Virus record (IMG/VR): IMGVR_UViG_3300045125_000065
Span: 1 to 55,811 of that record
Length of the DNA: 55,811 nucleotides
Source of the DNA: a virus
Lineage: Duplodnaviria; Caudoviricetes
Strand: one strand, 5' to 3'
The notes beneath the pieces are model-generated. The model was not told where the DNA came from. It did not search any database and worked only from the letters and a program-made list of their open reading frames with translations. Below, one piece after another: positions 15,324-26,889 of the stretch (position 1 is its first letter; each line of letters begins with the position of its first letter). The position numbers were made by a program, and so were the translations under genes.

Positions 15324-15574
15324 TTAAAGAAAATCAAATAGGCATAGCCAAAAGAGACAAATACTGGAACGAGCGAAATGACCAAGAGAAGTTAGAGGCA
15401 TTGCGCACCCAGGTTCAACAATTGACCTATCAACTTGGGCAAATGGGCGCGATTGTTGAGGGGCTTATGCAACACAGCCATGCAGACGGAAAAATTGTTG
15501 CTCCGATTGAACGACGCGAAAGACATGAACCTTATATGCCAATTTCGTTGAAAGAAAACCATGAAACGCGATGA
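15320..15574 (+). CDS. Hypothetical protein
   Basis: 84-aa coupled ORF. Confidence 0.55.
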   Translation: MIKENQIGIAKRDKYWNERNDQEKLEALRTQVQQLTYQLGQMGAIVEGLMQHSHADGKIVAPIERRERHEPYMPISLKENHETR

Positions 15575-16362
15575 CATTATCCGCATGGCACAAGAAATAT
15601 GGGCGGCGCCACACTGGACAGATGCACAAGTAGAGAGGCTTGAACGCTTCGCCGCTCTAGTCGCAGCAGCAAAGGGTGAGGAAATGAAGTCGCAAGGCTG
15701 GCGCCAATGCGCTGTGGGCCAACGCACTACGCAATTCTGCGGCGCGACCGAAGCGGCGATCAAAAAGGAGCGCGAGGCAATTGAAAAAGCAATTGAAACT
15801 GAAGCTTTGCGTTGGGAGCCATCACGCGATTTTAAACTTTGTCTCGCCGTTATCCGGTCAAGGGGCGATAAATGAACCGCGATGACATCATCCGCATGGC
15901 GCGCGAGGCGGGGGCAGTGGAGTGGGGAGATTCAGTCATCCCGGCGATGATGGACATTGAACGCTTCGCCGCGCTTGTTGCCGAGGCAGAGCGCGAGCGC
16001 ATTGCAAAACGATGGGATGGATTGCACGAACGGTATCTTAAAGACACCCTGCGCCGCCAGATGATGTTGAGTTATGAGCTGGTGGCAAAGATGATTAGGG
16101 GCAACGAATGACTAGCGATGACGTAATGCGGATTGCGCGCGAGGCTGGAGCAGGTGAACCTGAAAGTTTATATGGTCGCACTGATTATGTGGTGATGACC
16201 CAGCATGAACTTGCACGCTTCGCCGAGCTTGTTATAGCAGCCGAGCGCGAGGCGTGTGCGGAAATCATTGAGCACAACGTGGCCGCATGCAAGGAAGGTT
16301 CTCTTGCAAGAAGTTTATTAGAGAGCAATGCCAAAGCCATCCGCGCGAGGGGCAAGAAATGA
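15561..16362 (+). CDS. Three tandem paralogous short genes (15561-15875, 15872-16111, 16108-16362)
   Basis: Shared MxxDD(I/V)(I/M)R(M/I)AxE, (E/A)RFAxLV and ERE blocks. Confidence 0.75.
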
Positions 16363-16423
16363 GTCGAAACATGATTATTAAGCTTGCCATATAAGGGCCT
16401 CTCTTAAAAAACAGATCGCATCC

Positions 16424-16453
16424 AAAACAAGGTAAAAATTTTTACCTTGTTTT
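16424..16453. repeat. Perfect 30-bp palindrome with no spacer
   Basis: AAAACAAGGTAAAAA|TTTTTACCTTGTTTT. Confidence 0.7.
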
Positions 16454-16552
16454 TGCCAGTCCTTGCTCGTGTAAATTGCCCTGCCGCATTTTTTGTCTTG
16501 TTTGTTTCGTGTAGAATTGCCGGCAATCCACTACGTTTAACTTCGGATTGCC

Positions 16553-16852
16553 ATGACGCCAAGCGCCTTGGGCCAGGCCCCTTTAAACTACATGATGGTT
16601 CATACGCCTGTCGCCCCAAACTACAGCTTCCTCCAAGCCGAAAACGCCTATCTTCGGCAGGCCCTTGAATGGCGGGATGCCATGCTGGTTGAGCAGCAAA
16701 ATCGTCTAACCCATCTGCACTCAGTCAATGCTCAGTTGCAGCATGACGCCCAGCGCTGGGCAAAATTTAAAGGCATCATCGACAAGCAACAAGGCGAACT
16801 CACTAGCCAACAATTACAAAACATTGTGGATACAGGCAATCGTAATGGCTGA
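16553..16852 (+). CDS. Coiled-coil hypothetical protein
   Basis: LQAENAYLRQAL...LQHDAQRW. Start uncertain. Confidence 0.55.
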   Translation: MTPSALGQAPLNYMMVHTPVAPNYSFLQAENAYLRQALEWRDAMLVEQQNRLTHLHSVNAQLQHDAQRWAKFKGIIDKQQGELTSQQLQNIVDTGNRNG

Positions 16853-17030
16853 GTTGCCGTGGGACTATGCACGTTGCACTGGCGCAAACAAGCCCGTGTG
16901 TCTGGACTGCATGAGGAAATCGCCTGGGCGGCCTGATGGCTGGCAAGTTTATATAGCCGGGCAACCTATTGACGACATCACCTGCGAAAACCACATCTCC
17001 CCCAAGGATTGGCATGAGCCTAACGGTTAA
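16845..17030 (+). CDS. Small Cys-rich protein
   Basis: MAELPWDYARCTG...CLDCMR...TCENHI. Confidence 0.6.
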   Translation: MAELPWDYARCTGANKPVCLDCMRKSPGRPDGWQVYIAGQPIDDITCENHISPKDWHEPNG

Positions 17031-17775
17031 AGACCCGTCAATTTCGGATAGCGATCACTGGTATAGCCGCGACGGCATCCCAACTTATACCGTTGAGGGC
17101 GAAAACAGGAAAGTCCGCGCCACAACGCTGCGCGACGCAAGAAAACACAACCTCGTCCCAAGCGTGACGACGATTCTCAAGCTCATCAACAAACCCGGCT
17201 TGAATCAATGGCTCAACATGCAGGTTCTGTTAGCCGCCATGACTTTGCCGCGCCGCGAGAATGAACCCGAATCTGCTTACATTGATCGAGTCATTGGCGA
17301 CAGCAAAGCCCAATCCAAAGCCGCCGCCGATGCGGGAACGGCCATCCACGCCGCAATACAGGCCTTTTACGATGGCGCAGTCACCGCGGCCCACGAAGAT
17401 TATGTCCTCGCCTGCGTAAACGCCATAAACCTGCGCTTCGGCGATCAGGCATGGATTGCCGAACGCTCGTTCGCCCATGAACTTGGGTTTGGCGGCAAGT
17501 GCGATCTGTTTGCGCCGAATATCGTCGTGGACATCAAAACGCAGGACTTCCTTGAACACAACACTGTCAAAATTTACGACGAATACCTCATGCAGCTTGC
17601 CGCGTATCGAGTAGGTCTCGGCATGCCCTATGCCCGCTGTGCAAACGTATTTGTCTCGCGTCTTCAGCCCGGCCTTGTCTTTATCCACGAATGGAAACCC
17701 GAAGATCTTGAGCGGGGCTGGAACATGTTCTCGTCGTTGCTGAAATTCTGGCAATTAAAAACAGGCTATCAATGA
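17014..17775 (+). CDS. PD-(D/E)XK exonuclease
   Basis: PSVTTIL...GTAIH...ERSF...GKCDL...VDIKT...QLAAY. Confidence 0.88.
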   Translation: MSLTVKDPSISDSDHWYSRDGIPTYTVEGENRKVRATTLRDARKHNLVPSVTTILKLINKPGLNQWLNMQVLLAAMTLPRRENEPESAYIDRVIGDSKAQSKAAADAGTAIHAAIQAFYDGAVTAAHEDYVLACVNAINLRFGDQAWIAERSFAHELGFGGKCDLFAPNIVVDIKTQDFLEHNTVKIYDEYLMQLAAYRVGLGMPYARCANVFVSRLQPGLVFIHEWKPEDLERGWNMFSSLLKFWQLKTGYQ

Positions 17776-18367
17776 AAAAAATCAACGCATTCCAAACCAG
17801 TGATGGAAAAGTTTTTGGCAGCGAAAAAGAAGCAATGCTGCATGAAACCACGCTTGATAAAGCTCACGAAATAGACCTTTTTCTGTCAAGCGATCTCAAC
17901 CCTTATCGGTCTATACCTCAACGGGTTGTGGCGCGCAGTTCAATTCTGAATTGGGAACTCTGGAAAGAAAACAATGCTGTCTGACGACGACATTAAACAA
18001 ATCTTTTTCCTGAGCGACAAGCCGCGGCCAACTGCCTTGCTCGCGGACGATGTTGATATCATTCAATTCGCGCGCAACATTGAGCAATTCGTTATCAAAA
18101 CCAATATTGATAAACGCGCCGAAATCGCATTAAACCTGGACGATTACATCACCCAGGCGGCCAATGAATCACGGAAACTTATCGCAAGTTTTGTGGGGAA
18201 GAATGATGTCTCAGTATGACCCGTCCGAATCTCTGATTGAGATCAAACGCAAAGCCAAAGAGTTGAGCGAGATTCTCGCTCCGTCTGATCCTGACAGGGA
18301 TTACGTATTCCTGGCGGCCAACGATATTGTTCGTGCCGCTCAAAAAATCATTGACTGGACGAACTAA
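17772..18367 (+). CDS. Three short hypothetical genes (17772-17984, 17974-18219, ~18203-18367)
   Basis: Overlapping ORFs ending at the convergent terminator. Confidence 0.55.
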
Positions 18368-18396
18368 AAAAGCCCCGCCGTAGCGGGGAAAGCTCC
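18366..18396. terminator. Terminator at the convergence of the plus and minus arms
   Basis: AAAAAG-CCCCGC-CGTA-GCGGGG, with a U-tract on the minus strand. Confidence 0.6.
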
Positions 18397-18492
18397 CACA
18401 CGAGTAAACTGTCTATTGAGTCGGCAATGTGCCGCCCAAAGGGGCCATTCCGCCCGCAGGAATTCGGGTTTTTTCCTGTGCGGCCTGCCGGA

Positions 18493-19789
18493 TCATTTGG
18501 GCGGCATCTTCAGGGACAGCGCGCGCTGCCGCAGCCGTTCCAAATCCTCCCGAAGCATTGGGCTTGCGATGGAAAGAGGAATCCCGATCGGGGCCAATGG
18601 CGTAAAGGATAACGCCCCGCCGAGCGCGCCCAGCCCAGCCAAACCAGCAATAGCCGGGTCAGACTTGGGGCGGCCTAATTCCTGTTTTGCAGCCGTAAGT
18701 TCTGATCCAATCGCATAGCCGGAAAGCAGCGGAGTTAGCTTCCCGATCAAACGACCGGCGGGGGCCATCATGCCCTTAAAGCTCTGCGCGACTTGCTCAA
18801 GGGCGGAGGAGGGCGCCGGCGGAATCGGGGCAAGCGTTCTTGGCGCTAAAACTCCGCTAGGCGTCGCAGTAAGCCCGGGCGCTTCAGCAAGAATCTGACT
18901 CGGCGTTTTTGCGACTACGCCTTGCTGCACCAATCCCTCAAAAATTTGATTGATTTGCTTGCGTGCTGCCGCTTGTTGCGCGGTTTCCACGTTAAAACCT
19001 TCCATCCGTGCGCGGCCGGTTGTACCTTGCGGCTCAATTGCGCCAGTCCCCGGCGTGCCTTGCTGAATACGTTGGACTTGTTCAGGCGTATAGCCCGGAA
19101 AGCTTCGCGTTGCGCCGCAATCCGTCCCATTTCGGCGCGCTTGCCTAAAAGATTCTGCCGCTTTTCCGGCAGCCTCTTTACCTAACAAAACGGTAGGAAC
19201 GATAGCGCCTGCTGCGGCGCCAAGCCCGCCCGCAATCTGTCTTTGCTGCGCTTCGGCTGCTAGGTCAGCACCTTTTTTAGTTGCCGGAATTGCTCTAGAT
19301 CTTTGTTCATTTCGGGCATTTCAATCGCCGGCTCCGGTTTGAATGGGTCTTCAACCTGAACCTTCCCCGAAAACGCACCAAGATTTTGCAGGCTTTTAAC
19401 GTATTTATGGCCCGCTTTATCATCTGCGCCGGCAATAAAACGATTCGCCACATCCGGGCCACGGTTGTACGCCAACGCAGCAATTTCCGGCGTTCCTTGA
19501 TAGGTATCAAGGTGGCTTTTGAGGTACTTTAGGCCTGCTTCAATGTTTTTGTCCGGGTTGTGAAGATCGCCAGGGGAATAGCCAAGCCCGCTCCCGGTTG
19601 AGGGAGAACCTGCATCAAACCGATTTCCTTGGCGCCGCCGATCTTGTGCGGGTCAAGCCCGCTTTCGTGATAGGCTAATGCCACCGCGAGTTGGGGAGGC
19701 ACTCCCATTTCCTGCGCTTTGCGGATGATTTTTTCGGCGTAAATCACCTGCTCGTCATTTAGCTTGTCGATCCAGTTAATCTTCGGCAT
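18493..19789 (-). CDS. Ejection protein with N-terminal lytic transglycosylase (SLT) domain, frameshifted
   Basis: AYHESG...IGLMQV...AYNRGP motifs, with a hydrophobic Gly/Ala-rich C-terminus. Confidence 0.8.
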
Positions 19790-19793
19790 CGCT

Positions 19794-21497
19794 TTATTCC
19801 TTGAATTGGGCTTTCAGTCTAGCCCGCGCATTTTGAAGCTGGTCAGGCGTAAATTTCCCCGGAGCGGCGGGTTTCTCGGCTTGTTTCTGCTCTGACGGGA
19901 TAGAAGGCTCATATCCGAATGTCTTGGCGACCTTCCTATCGTAATTGTCACGACGGGCAAGGTAATCATCCGATTCTTCAAAATCGAGATAGTTGGCGCC
20001 CTTGTTCGCTTTCTTGAATTTGACCCAATTGCGCTGCTCGTCGATTTCGTACTGATACCGCATCTTAAGCAACTTGGACACCCGAAGCAGATTTTCGGGG
20101 GTATCTGTTTCCGTTCCAGCAAGCGATCGAACAATGTCGTTTTCATTGTTAGAAATCGCGCCTTGGCCTTGCAGATACATTCTGCGGAAGGCCAGCGTGA
20201 GTTCTGCCGCGTTGCGAGCAACGGCTTTTCTGTCTTCAACGTCGCCCTTGCTGCCAGTCGCTACAACGATTTGATTCTCAAGTTGCGGGATACTGATTGA
20301 CCCGCCCGGCGTTGAAATACCTTGCGAGACAGCGCCCAAAATCGCATTACCAACACCGGGTTGGCTCAAAATGCCAAAAGGATTTCGTCCTTGCGCGGCG
20401 GCTCTCTTAACAAGAGCATCGGTATCCGCCGCCGCTTGAAAGCCACGTTGCGCACCTTGAATTTGCGAGTTGATGAGCTTCTCTTTTTCAAGAGCCATTT
20501 CTTCGCGGCCGACTGCCTGCTTCTTGATTCTTTCCGCTTCAGCGGCAGATTCGGATACTGACGGCAAAGCCGTTGGCGCGGCTTGTTCAGCAGCGCGGGC
20601 TTGCCCAGCGGCAGGCTGAATCGCTCCCCCGCCTTGCGGCGCTGCCGCTTCGGCTGGCTTTGCGGCTCTCTGTGGGAAAGTTTCTATTTGCTCAACAAAA
20701 TCCAAATAAGCCGGATCGCGAGCAGCGCGCAGAGCATCCAATTGATAGGCTACCTGCGTTGGCACCTTGACCGTTTTTACTTTGCCCGGCCGACTAATGT
20801 CGGGAATTTGCCGCTCAACCAATTCGCCCTTCGGCGCGGGGTAAAACATCCCGGTTGCTTCATCAAACGCGCCAGATTCAGTGACCTTGATGTTTTTCTG
20901 ATCAAGCTCCTGAGCTTTAAGCATCAACTCTTGAGGCGGCATTCGATTACGATTGAGCTCAATGAACTGTCTGCCAGTCAGCCTGTTCGGATTCGGCGGC
21001 ATAATCTGAACACCCGTCTGCGCCATTTGTGCCAAGGGCCCTGCTGGCGCTTGTCTGCCCCGCCTGCGCAGCGGGTTGAGCAAGATATTGGCCAACCCCT
21101 TGAGGCGACAAACCAGAAACAGATCCCGGCGAAACAGGCTCGCCACGCAGGTAACGGTTAAAAGCTTCGTCCGATTGCTTCTGGCGTTCAATATCAAGGG
21201 ATTGAGCGGCCACATCCATCTGCATCTTCGCAAGATCGGCCTGCTGCTGCGCAGATTGCTCTTCGCCTGCCGCGTATCCTTTAGCGGCGGCGCCCAAACT
21301 TTCCCAAAAACTCCCGGTACGCGATGGGCCTAAAAACGCGGCGGCAGCGCCCAATAACGCCGGATCAAGCGTTTGTTGCTGCCGGGCTTCAAGTGATTTG
21401 TTCAGGCGATCAAGCGCTTGCTCATAGGCGGCGCGCTTTTCTGCGATCGCAGGCTCTTCGCCCCCACATAAACCTGCGTTTGCGGTTTGGTCGGCAT
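19794..21497 (-). CDS. Putative ejection/internal virion protein, frameshifted
   Basis: ORFs 20959-21354 (FLGPSRTGSFWESLG) and 19794-21233 (GQGAISNNE). Position fits the ejection module. Confidence 0.65.
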
Positions 21498-21516
21498 ATC
21501 CGTCCTTTTACGCTAA

Positions 21517-22509
21517 TCAACCGTAGTTTTCTGGGTTGTAATTCAAAATGAAGTCGGCAAGTGCTTGATTGGCTTCAGGCGATTGCTCGCCTGTGAACAA
21601 GCCTGGCAGAATGCGTTGCCCAAGTTTCTCAATGAGTTGATAGCCTTTTGCCTGGGACGTGCCTCCTGTACCCGTCGTGCCCCCTTGGGTAGCGCCAAGC
21701 AAAGAAAGAATCCCCGAAATTGCTGATAACGGCGATTGCTGATATTGCCCTTGTTGCCCCGGCCCTTTTAGCGTAACGGTAGTTGAAAGCGGCACTGAAT
21801 ATCCGCCTAACAATTTTGCGCTTTCAGATGCCACGCGCAACGGCGCATCAAGCAAGCTTTGCTCGTATGCCTGCCGTTCAGCGCCGGCTTTCGTCAAAGC
21901 GCCCGCACCGAGCAAACCATATTCTTGCGCTTTGCCGGCCAAGGAGCCTTGTGTTTCGGCCGCCTGTCTTTCAAGCTGGGCCTGATTCAACGCAGTTTGC
22001 AGCGCGGAGGAATACCCGGATTGCAGCGCGCCGGCTTGTTGGCCCGTTAGGTTGGCCTGAATATCGGCCATCGTTTGCCCGAGCGCGCCCGCGTAACGCT
22101 GGCTGCCGAGCCCGCCGCTGCCCACAAACCCGGCCTTCAAACCCGGCAGAATTGATCGCTGCACGTTTTGTTGCGACAACCGCGCCATTTCATCCACCAC
22201 CGACTGCGTATAGGGGTTCATGAACGACGAAATGCGTTCAGGCGTTATCCCTCGTGCAGCCGATGCGGCAGTTTGCTGCGCCGCAGAAAGTCCCGGCTGA
22301 TAAGCCGTAGCCGCGCCGGGCACGGCCGCATAACCTTGTTGTTGCAAAGGGTCAAACCCTGCAACCATCTGCTGCGGCGTGCGGCCCATCGCTTGCTGCC
22401 CAGCCTGCGCTAGGCCCGACAGATATTGCGTATAGTATTCCGGCGCAGTTGGGGCTGTGGTAGTCGTGGTAGTAATGTCTGGGAGCGGAGCCCCTTGGGT
22501 CAAAGACAT
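21517..22509 (-). CDS. Putative ejection/DNA pilot protein
   Basis: Q/A/G-rich helical sequence with FMNPYTQSVVD and GGLGSQRY. Confidence 0.7.
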   Translation of the reverse strand: MSLTQGAPLPDITTTTTTAPTAPEYYTQYLSGLAQAGQQAMGRTPQQMVAGFDPLQQQGYAAVPGAATAYQPGLSAAQQTAASAARGITPERISSFMNPYTQSVVDEMARLSQQNVQRSILPGLKAGFVGSGGLGSQRYAGALGQTMADIQANLTGQQAGALQSGYSSALQTALNQAQLERQAAETQGSLAGKAQEYGLLGAGALTKAGAERQAYEQSLLDAPLRVASESAKLLGGYSVPLSTTVTLKGPGQQGQYQQSPLSAISGILSLLGATQGGTTGTGGTSQAKGYQLIEKLGQRILPGLFTGEQSPEANQALADFILNYNPENYG

Positions 22510-22640
22510 TGTTATCTCCTAAATTTCCGAGAACCCTTTAAATACTCCAAGGGGGATTTAGCCGGAGGCGGAAGGTCTTTAGGATGCGAAGACCGCGCGC
22601 GCGTTCTGATTTCGTGCATTAAATCGCGGGCCACGTGCAG

Positions 22641-25600
22641 TCATTTCCGGCGGCCTTTGCCTGAAGCAAGCGCAAGATATTCGAGGGGGTTTTTCGACTT
22701 TGGCGGGATAGTGTGCAATCCGCCAGAGCGTTTGTGCTTACGGATTTCTTCTCTGAACTTGTCCAAGAGTTCCGATCCTGCTTTCGTTGATCCGTTGCCG
22801 AGCGCCGACACAATTTCAGCATCAAGCACATATTCACCATCTGCAAGCATCGCAGGGATATCATCAGACTGCCCATCCCCCGCGCCGGTTACTGCGTCGC
22901 CATGACGGAAATCAACTCGCATTTTGCCCGAATGGTGCACAACTATTTAATCCGCCGCCGGCAAATTTCCTGTATCGCGTTCCGGTTGCACCGCCCGCCG
23001 CCATCAATGGCGTCGCCAATCCGCCCGCAGCAAAGTTAGAAGTTTGGCTCAAAATATCGTCAATCTCATTCGGTTGGCCGTAATTAAAATAATTAGCCAT
23101 TGGCTGCTCCGTTGGTTGAGGCGCGAAGGAAGATTCGGGTTTAGCGTAACTGCTTGCCGCAACTTGGCTAAAAAACTGCTCAAGCGGGCCTTTAAACCCG
23201 CCTTTGCGCTGCTTGGTTTGCAAGAATAAATCAGGTGTCGGCGCCGCTGGGGTTGCAACAACCGCAGGCGTTGCCCTAAAACCCTGCATAAGGTCTGAGA
23301 ACCTCTGTTGTTGTGCCGCAGCCTGCGTTGCGGCTTGCTGACTAGCAAGCGCTTGCCCGACTCCAGCAATCTGCGAGCCCAATCCGGATTGCACGCCAGC
23401 TAATTGCTGTTGCAACCCTGTCTGAACGCCCGCGATCGTTTGCCCAAGCTGTTGTTGGCCGGCAGTAAGCTCAAGCATCGCTTGGTTGGTCGCGTTTTGG
23501 AACGACACGCCCTGCGCAACCAGATCATCTACGCGCTTGGCAAAGTCCTGCTGCAAATTGCCAATCTGCTTTTGAGTTTCTGCCGTGGCGGCTTGTTGCC
23601 CGGCCGCAAGCTGCGCCTGCCCTTGCTGCAATCCTGTAACCGACACGCCCAGGTTTTGCAGTTGGGATTGCGTAGCCGCTTGGTTTGTCGCTGCCGTGTT
23701 GCCAACCTTATCAATCGCGGCTTGCAAGGCGGCGTCAGAAGATTTCCCCGCGGCCGTGGCAGCATCAAATTCTTGTTTGAATTGCGATTTAACCTGGTCA
23801 AAATTCTGCCCGGTTTGCGCCGCAAAATCGGCGAGCTTTTGATCGGCCGTGGTTAGCTTATCTTGCAGCGATTGTTGCCCCGTCGTTAGTGCGCCAATCT
23901 GTTGCCCGACTTGCCCAAACTGCGCTTGTGTTTGCGCTTGATTAGCCTGCGCTTGCGAAGTAACACTATTGATCGCCGATTGCAGCGCCGCATCCGAAGA
24001 CGCCCCTGCCGCTTGTGCGGCGGCAAACTGTTGCTGAAACGATGCCTGCAAATCAGACAGCTTTTGCCCTGTGCTGGCTGAAATCTGCGCCAAAGCCTGA
24101 TCAATGTTCGAAGGCGTGCTGGGGGTCGGCGTCGGTGCGGGCGCAACAGCTGGGGCTGGCGTAACCGCGGGCGTTGGCGCAAAGGTCGCTGCTGGAGCCG
24201 GGGCCGCCGCAGGGTAGTTTCTTTTGCCGGAACGGGCGTAGCCGTTGGCGGCAAATCGTACATCAATCCTTAAGCGTTTCCGGGGCGGGCGTAGGAACCG
24301 GCGTAGCCGATGTTGGGGCAGCCGCCGCAGGCTGGCCCGTTGCAGGCGTAGCCAATGCCGGGGCTGGCGTCGTGGCTGCGGGCGGCGGCGCAAGCAAACA
24401 CCTCCACAGGCTTGGATACCGGCGGCGCAAAGTCACTGGCAATGCTGATTGGGGCGAACCCTTGAGCGCCTCCACCGCCACCTTCTTGACCGCCGACAAG
24501 TGCATATCCGGGGCCGGGGGTGGGTTGGTCAACGGAACCAAACTGGAATATGGATTGCAGCTTTCCGTCTTGATCTTGTTTGTAAGTACGAATGCTTGTG
24601 TCGTCAGGCAACACTAGGCGGTCTGCGCCCGTTGGGGTGTAGCTTGCAAGACAGCTGCGTTACCAAATCACGCAGCTGCGCATCGCTTAGATTTAACCGC
24701 TTGTTCTTTCGCTAACGGGGCAAGTTGGCCTACTTGCTTGTCAACAAAAGACTTAAATTCTGCGCTCGTAACGTCGGCTCCGAGCGTTTTCGCCGCGAGC
24801 TGCTTTTGCGTCGCGCTTTCCCAGCCTTCGCTTTCGCGCCCACTTCGGCATATTGGGCGCCCCCGAGCGCTGCATTGACTGCGTCAAGCCGGGATTTCGC
24901 CGTGCTGTATCCCGCGCTGCCGGGAGGAAGGGTATCTAGCTGTTGTTGATATGCGTTCCGCGCCGCAGCAAGGGATTGATATTCGCCCTGCGTTTTATCA
25001 ACACCGCCTGCCAGCCCACCTGCGTCAATGGTGGATTCCAGAAACGTCGGCATCTGCGCAGCAAACGTCGATTGCATGGCTGCTTGCTCGGCGTCCCGTG
25101 CATTGGCTGCGGCAACAATATCCTGCGCGCTAGGGGTTGTCGCAGGCGTTGCTGCAGGCGCAGCCGTCGCGGAGGCGGTTGTCGCGAGGGTCATGGCAGA
25201 CTTGACCGCGCTTGACGCGGCGGATGTCAGCGCGGCTTCAAGAGAGGTCGCGCCCCGTTACAGCTGCTGATGCCGCGCCCGACGCCGCGGAAGTAATGGC
25301 TTTGGCAAGTTCCGGGTTCAGGTCTTTTACAAAATCTAAACCTTTAACGGCAGCGCCGGCGCCCGCACTGGCCGCGCCAGCAGGGGCACCGCCGCGTCAC
25401 GTCGCCGCCAGTAATTGCCGACTTAGCCGCGCCCATAGCCGCGCCGGTTAGCGCTTCTGCCGCTGCCCCCGTTATTCCCGCTTTCGCAAGCTCGGCAGTT
25501 ACGTTACTAACCAACGGGCTCGCAATTGAACCAAGTCCCCCGGTAATCCCGCCCGTCAAAGCCCCCTTGCCAATGTCTCCACCTTGCAACGCAGCGAGCC

Positions 25601-26625
25601 CGCCGCCTGTGGTCGCGCCCGCAGCCCGCCGCGCCTGACACGCCACCACCTAATGCGCCGGCTAACGGCCCCATCCAAGGAGCCAACCTCAAGAGCAGGG
25701 GCCAAGTCCATAATGCTGAAGGATTTCTCAGCGGGACGAAGTACACCTGTTGGAACCATCAGCCCATACTCGGGCGAGTGTTGAACGTAAGGCGCTGCCT
25801 CCGCGAACATTTCTGTGGGACCGCCAAACGACCACAAGCGGCATATTGTTTTGAACGCGCGTAATCGCCTTGAAAGTGTACCCCTCCGGCAACGCCGCGC
25901 GCTGGCTCGGCATAACGCATTAGGAGTGGGCATACGCATTGCGCCAGTCTTGGCCCATGGCGGTCAGCGTTTGCTCGGGCAGCGAAGCGAATCCCGGAAC
26001 ATTTTGTCTAATAAAATCAGCAGATACAGTGGCAGGTTGAGCCAGAATGTTTCGGGCTACGTTTGCAACGTCATTTACAACTGTTCTTGTCCATGGGTTA
26101 TCCCCATCAACAGTTTCATATGTGACGTATGGCTTGAGTTGCGCAAGGTCTTCAAGAGTTTGACCTTTAGTATCAAGATCAAAACCTGCAAGCTGGCTTT
26201 TAAGATACGTTTTTGGAGCCTCGGCTGGAGGCTTGTAGTCAGGCATCTGGCTGACGATCTGCATATACTGGTTCTGCATCGCAGCCAATAAATTTGCTCG
26301 TTCGGCATCAGACGTTCTTGATGTGCCCCATCCAACCCCATGTTTATTCATGTGGTCTTGCCAGTTCCAGCCCACGATTTGTTCCCAAACCGGGTCGTTT
26401 GTTAAGCCCGGATAGAGAGATTTAGGCGGCGTAATAGGCTTTGCGGGCGCTGGCACAACAGCGGGAGCCTGTCTTGCAGCAATAGCCGATTTTGCTGCGG
26501 CTTGTTGCGCGGCGCGCTGTGCTGCCTCATATTCGGCTATCGGCACACCACTGCCATACCCGGCGCAAAAGTGGCTCTTTTCGCGGCCGGGGATTTTCAT
26601 CAAGGTTTCCAGTAAATTTCGCCAT
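22641..26625 (-). CDS. Very large Ala/Gln/Pro-rich virion protein or proteins, heavily frameshifted
   Basis: Fragments 25920-26603, 24730-25194 and 22912-24393, ending GAGDGQSDDIPAMLADGEYVLDAEIVSALGNGS. Confidence 0.6.
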
Positions 26626-26627
26626 AG

Positions 26628-26889
26628 TCAGTTCGTAGTTTTCCGCAGTCAGTTATTGATTGCGCCCGCCAGCGCCGCCGCCCAATCAAACCAGTTGTCA
26701 AATTGCTCCGGGATGGGCACAGCTTCGTTATTAAATAGCCCAATCGCAATTAGCCCATTACCCCCATTGCTTCCAATCTGTCGCTGCGGTTGGGATTTCT
26801 AGCTGCTGTTCGGCGTAAAGCTCAACCATAAGACTTGCCCACGACTCAAACGTATGAAATCGCGGGTCGTAAATCTCAGCTTGCGCCAT
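26628..26889 (-). CDS. Small conserved tail-region protein, frameshifted
   Basis: MAQAEIYDPRFHTFESWASLMVE...DWKQWG...FDNWFDWA. Confidence 0.65.

Noticed and set aside
15561-16362. Diversity-generating retroelement
   Set aside because: No reverse transcriptase and no TR/VR pair with adenine-specific differences was seen, including in the fibre genes.
17014-17775. Cas4 / CRISPR adaptation gene
   Set aside because: It lacks the Fe-S cysteine cluster and has no cas1 or array nearby. It is an ordinary phage PD-(D/E)XK exonuclease.
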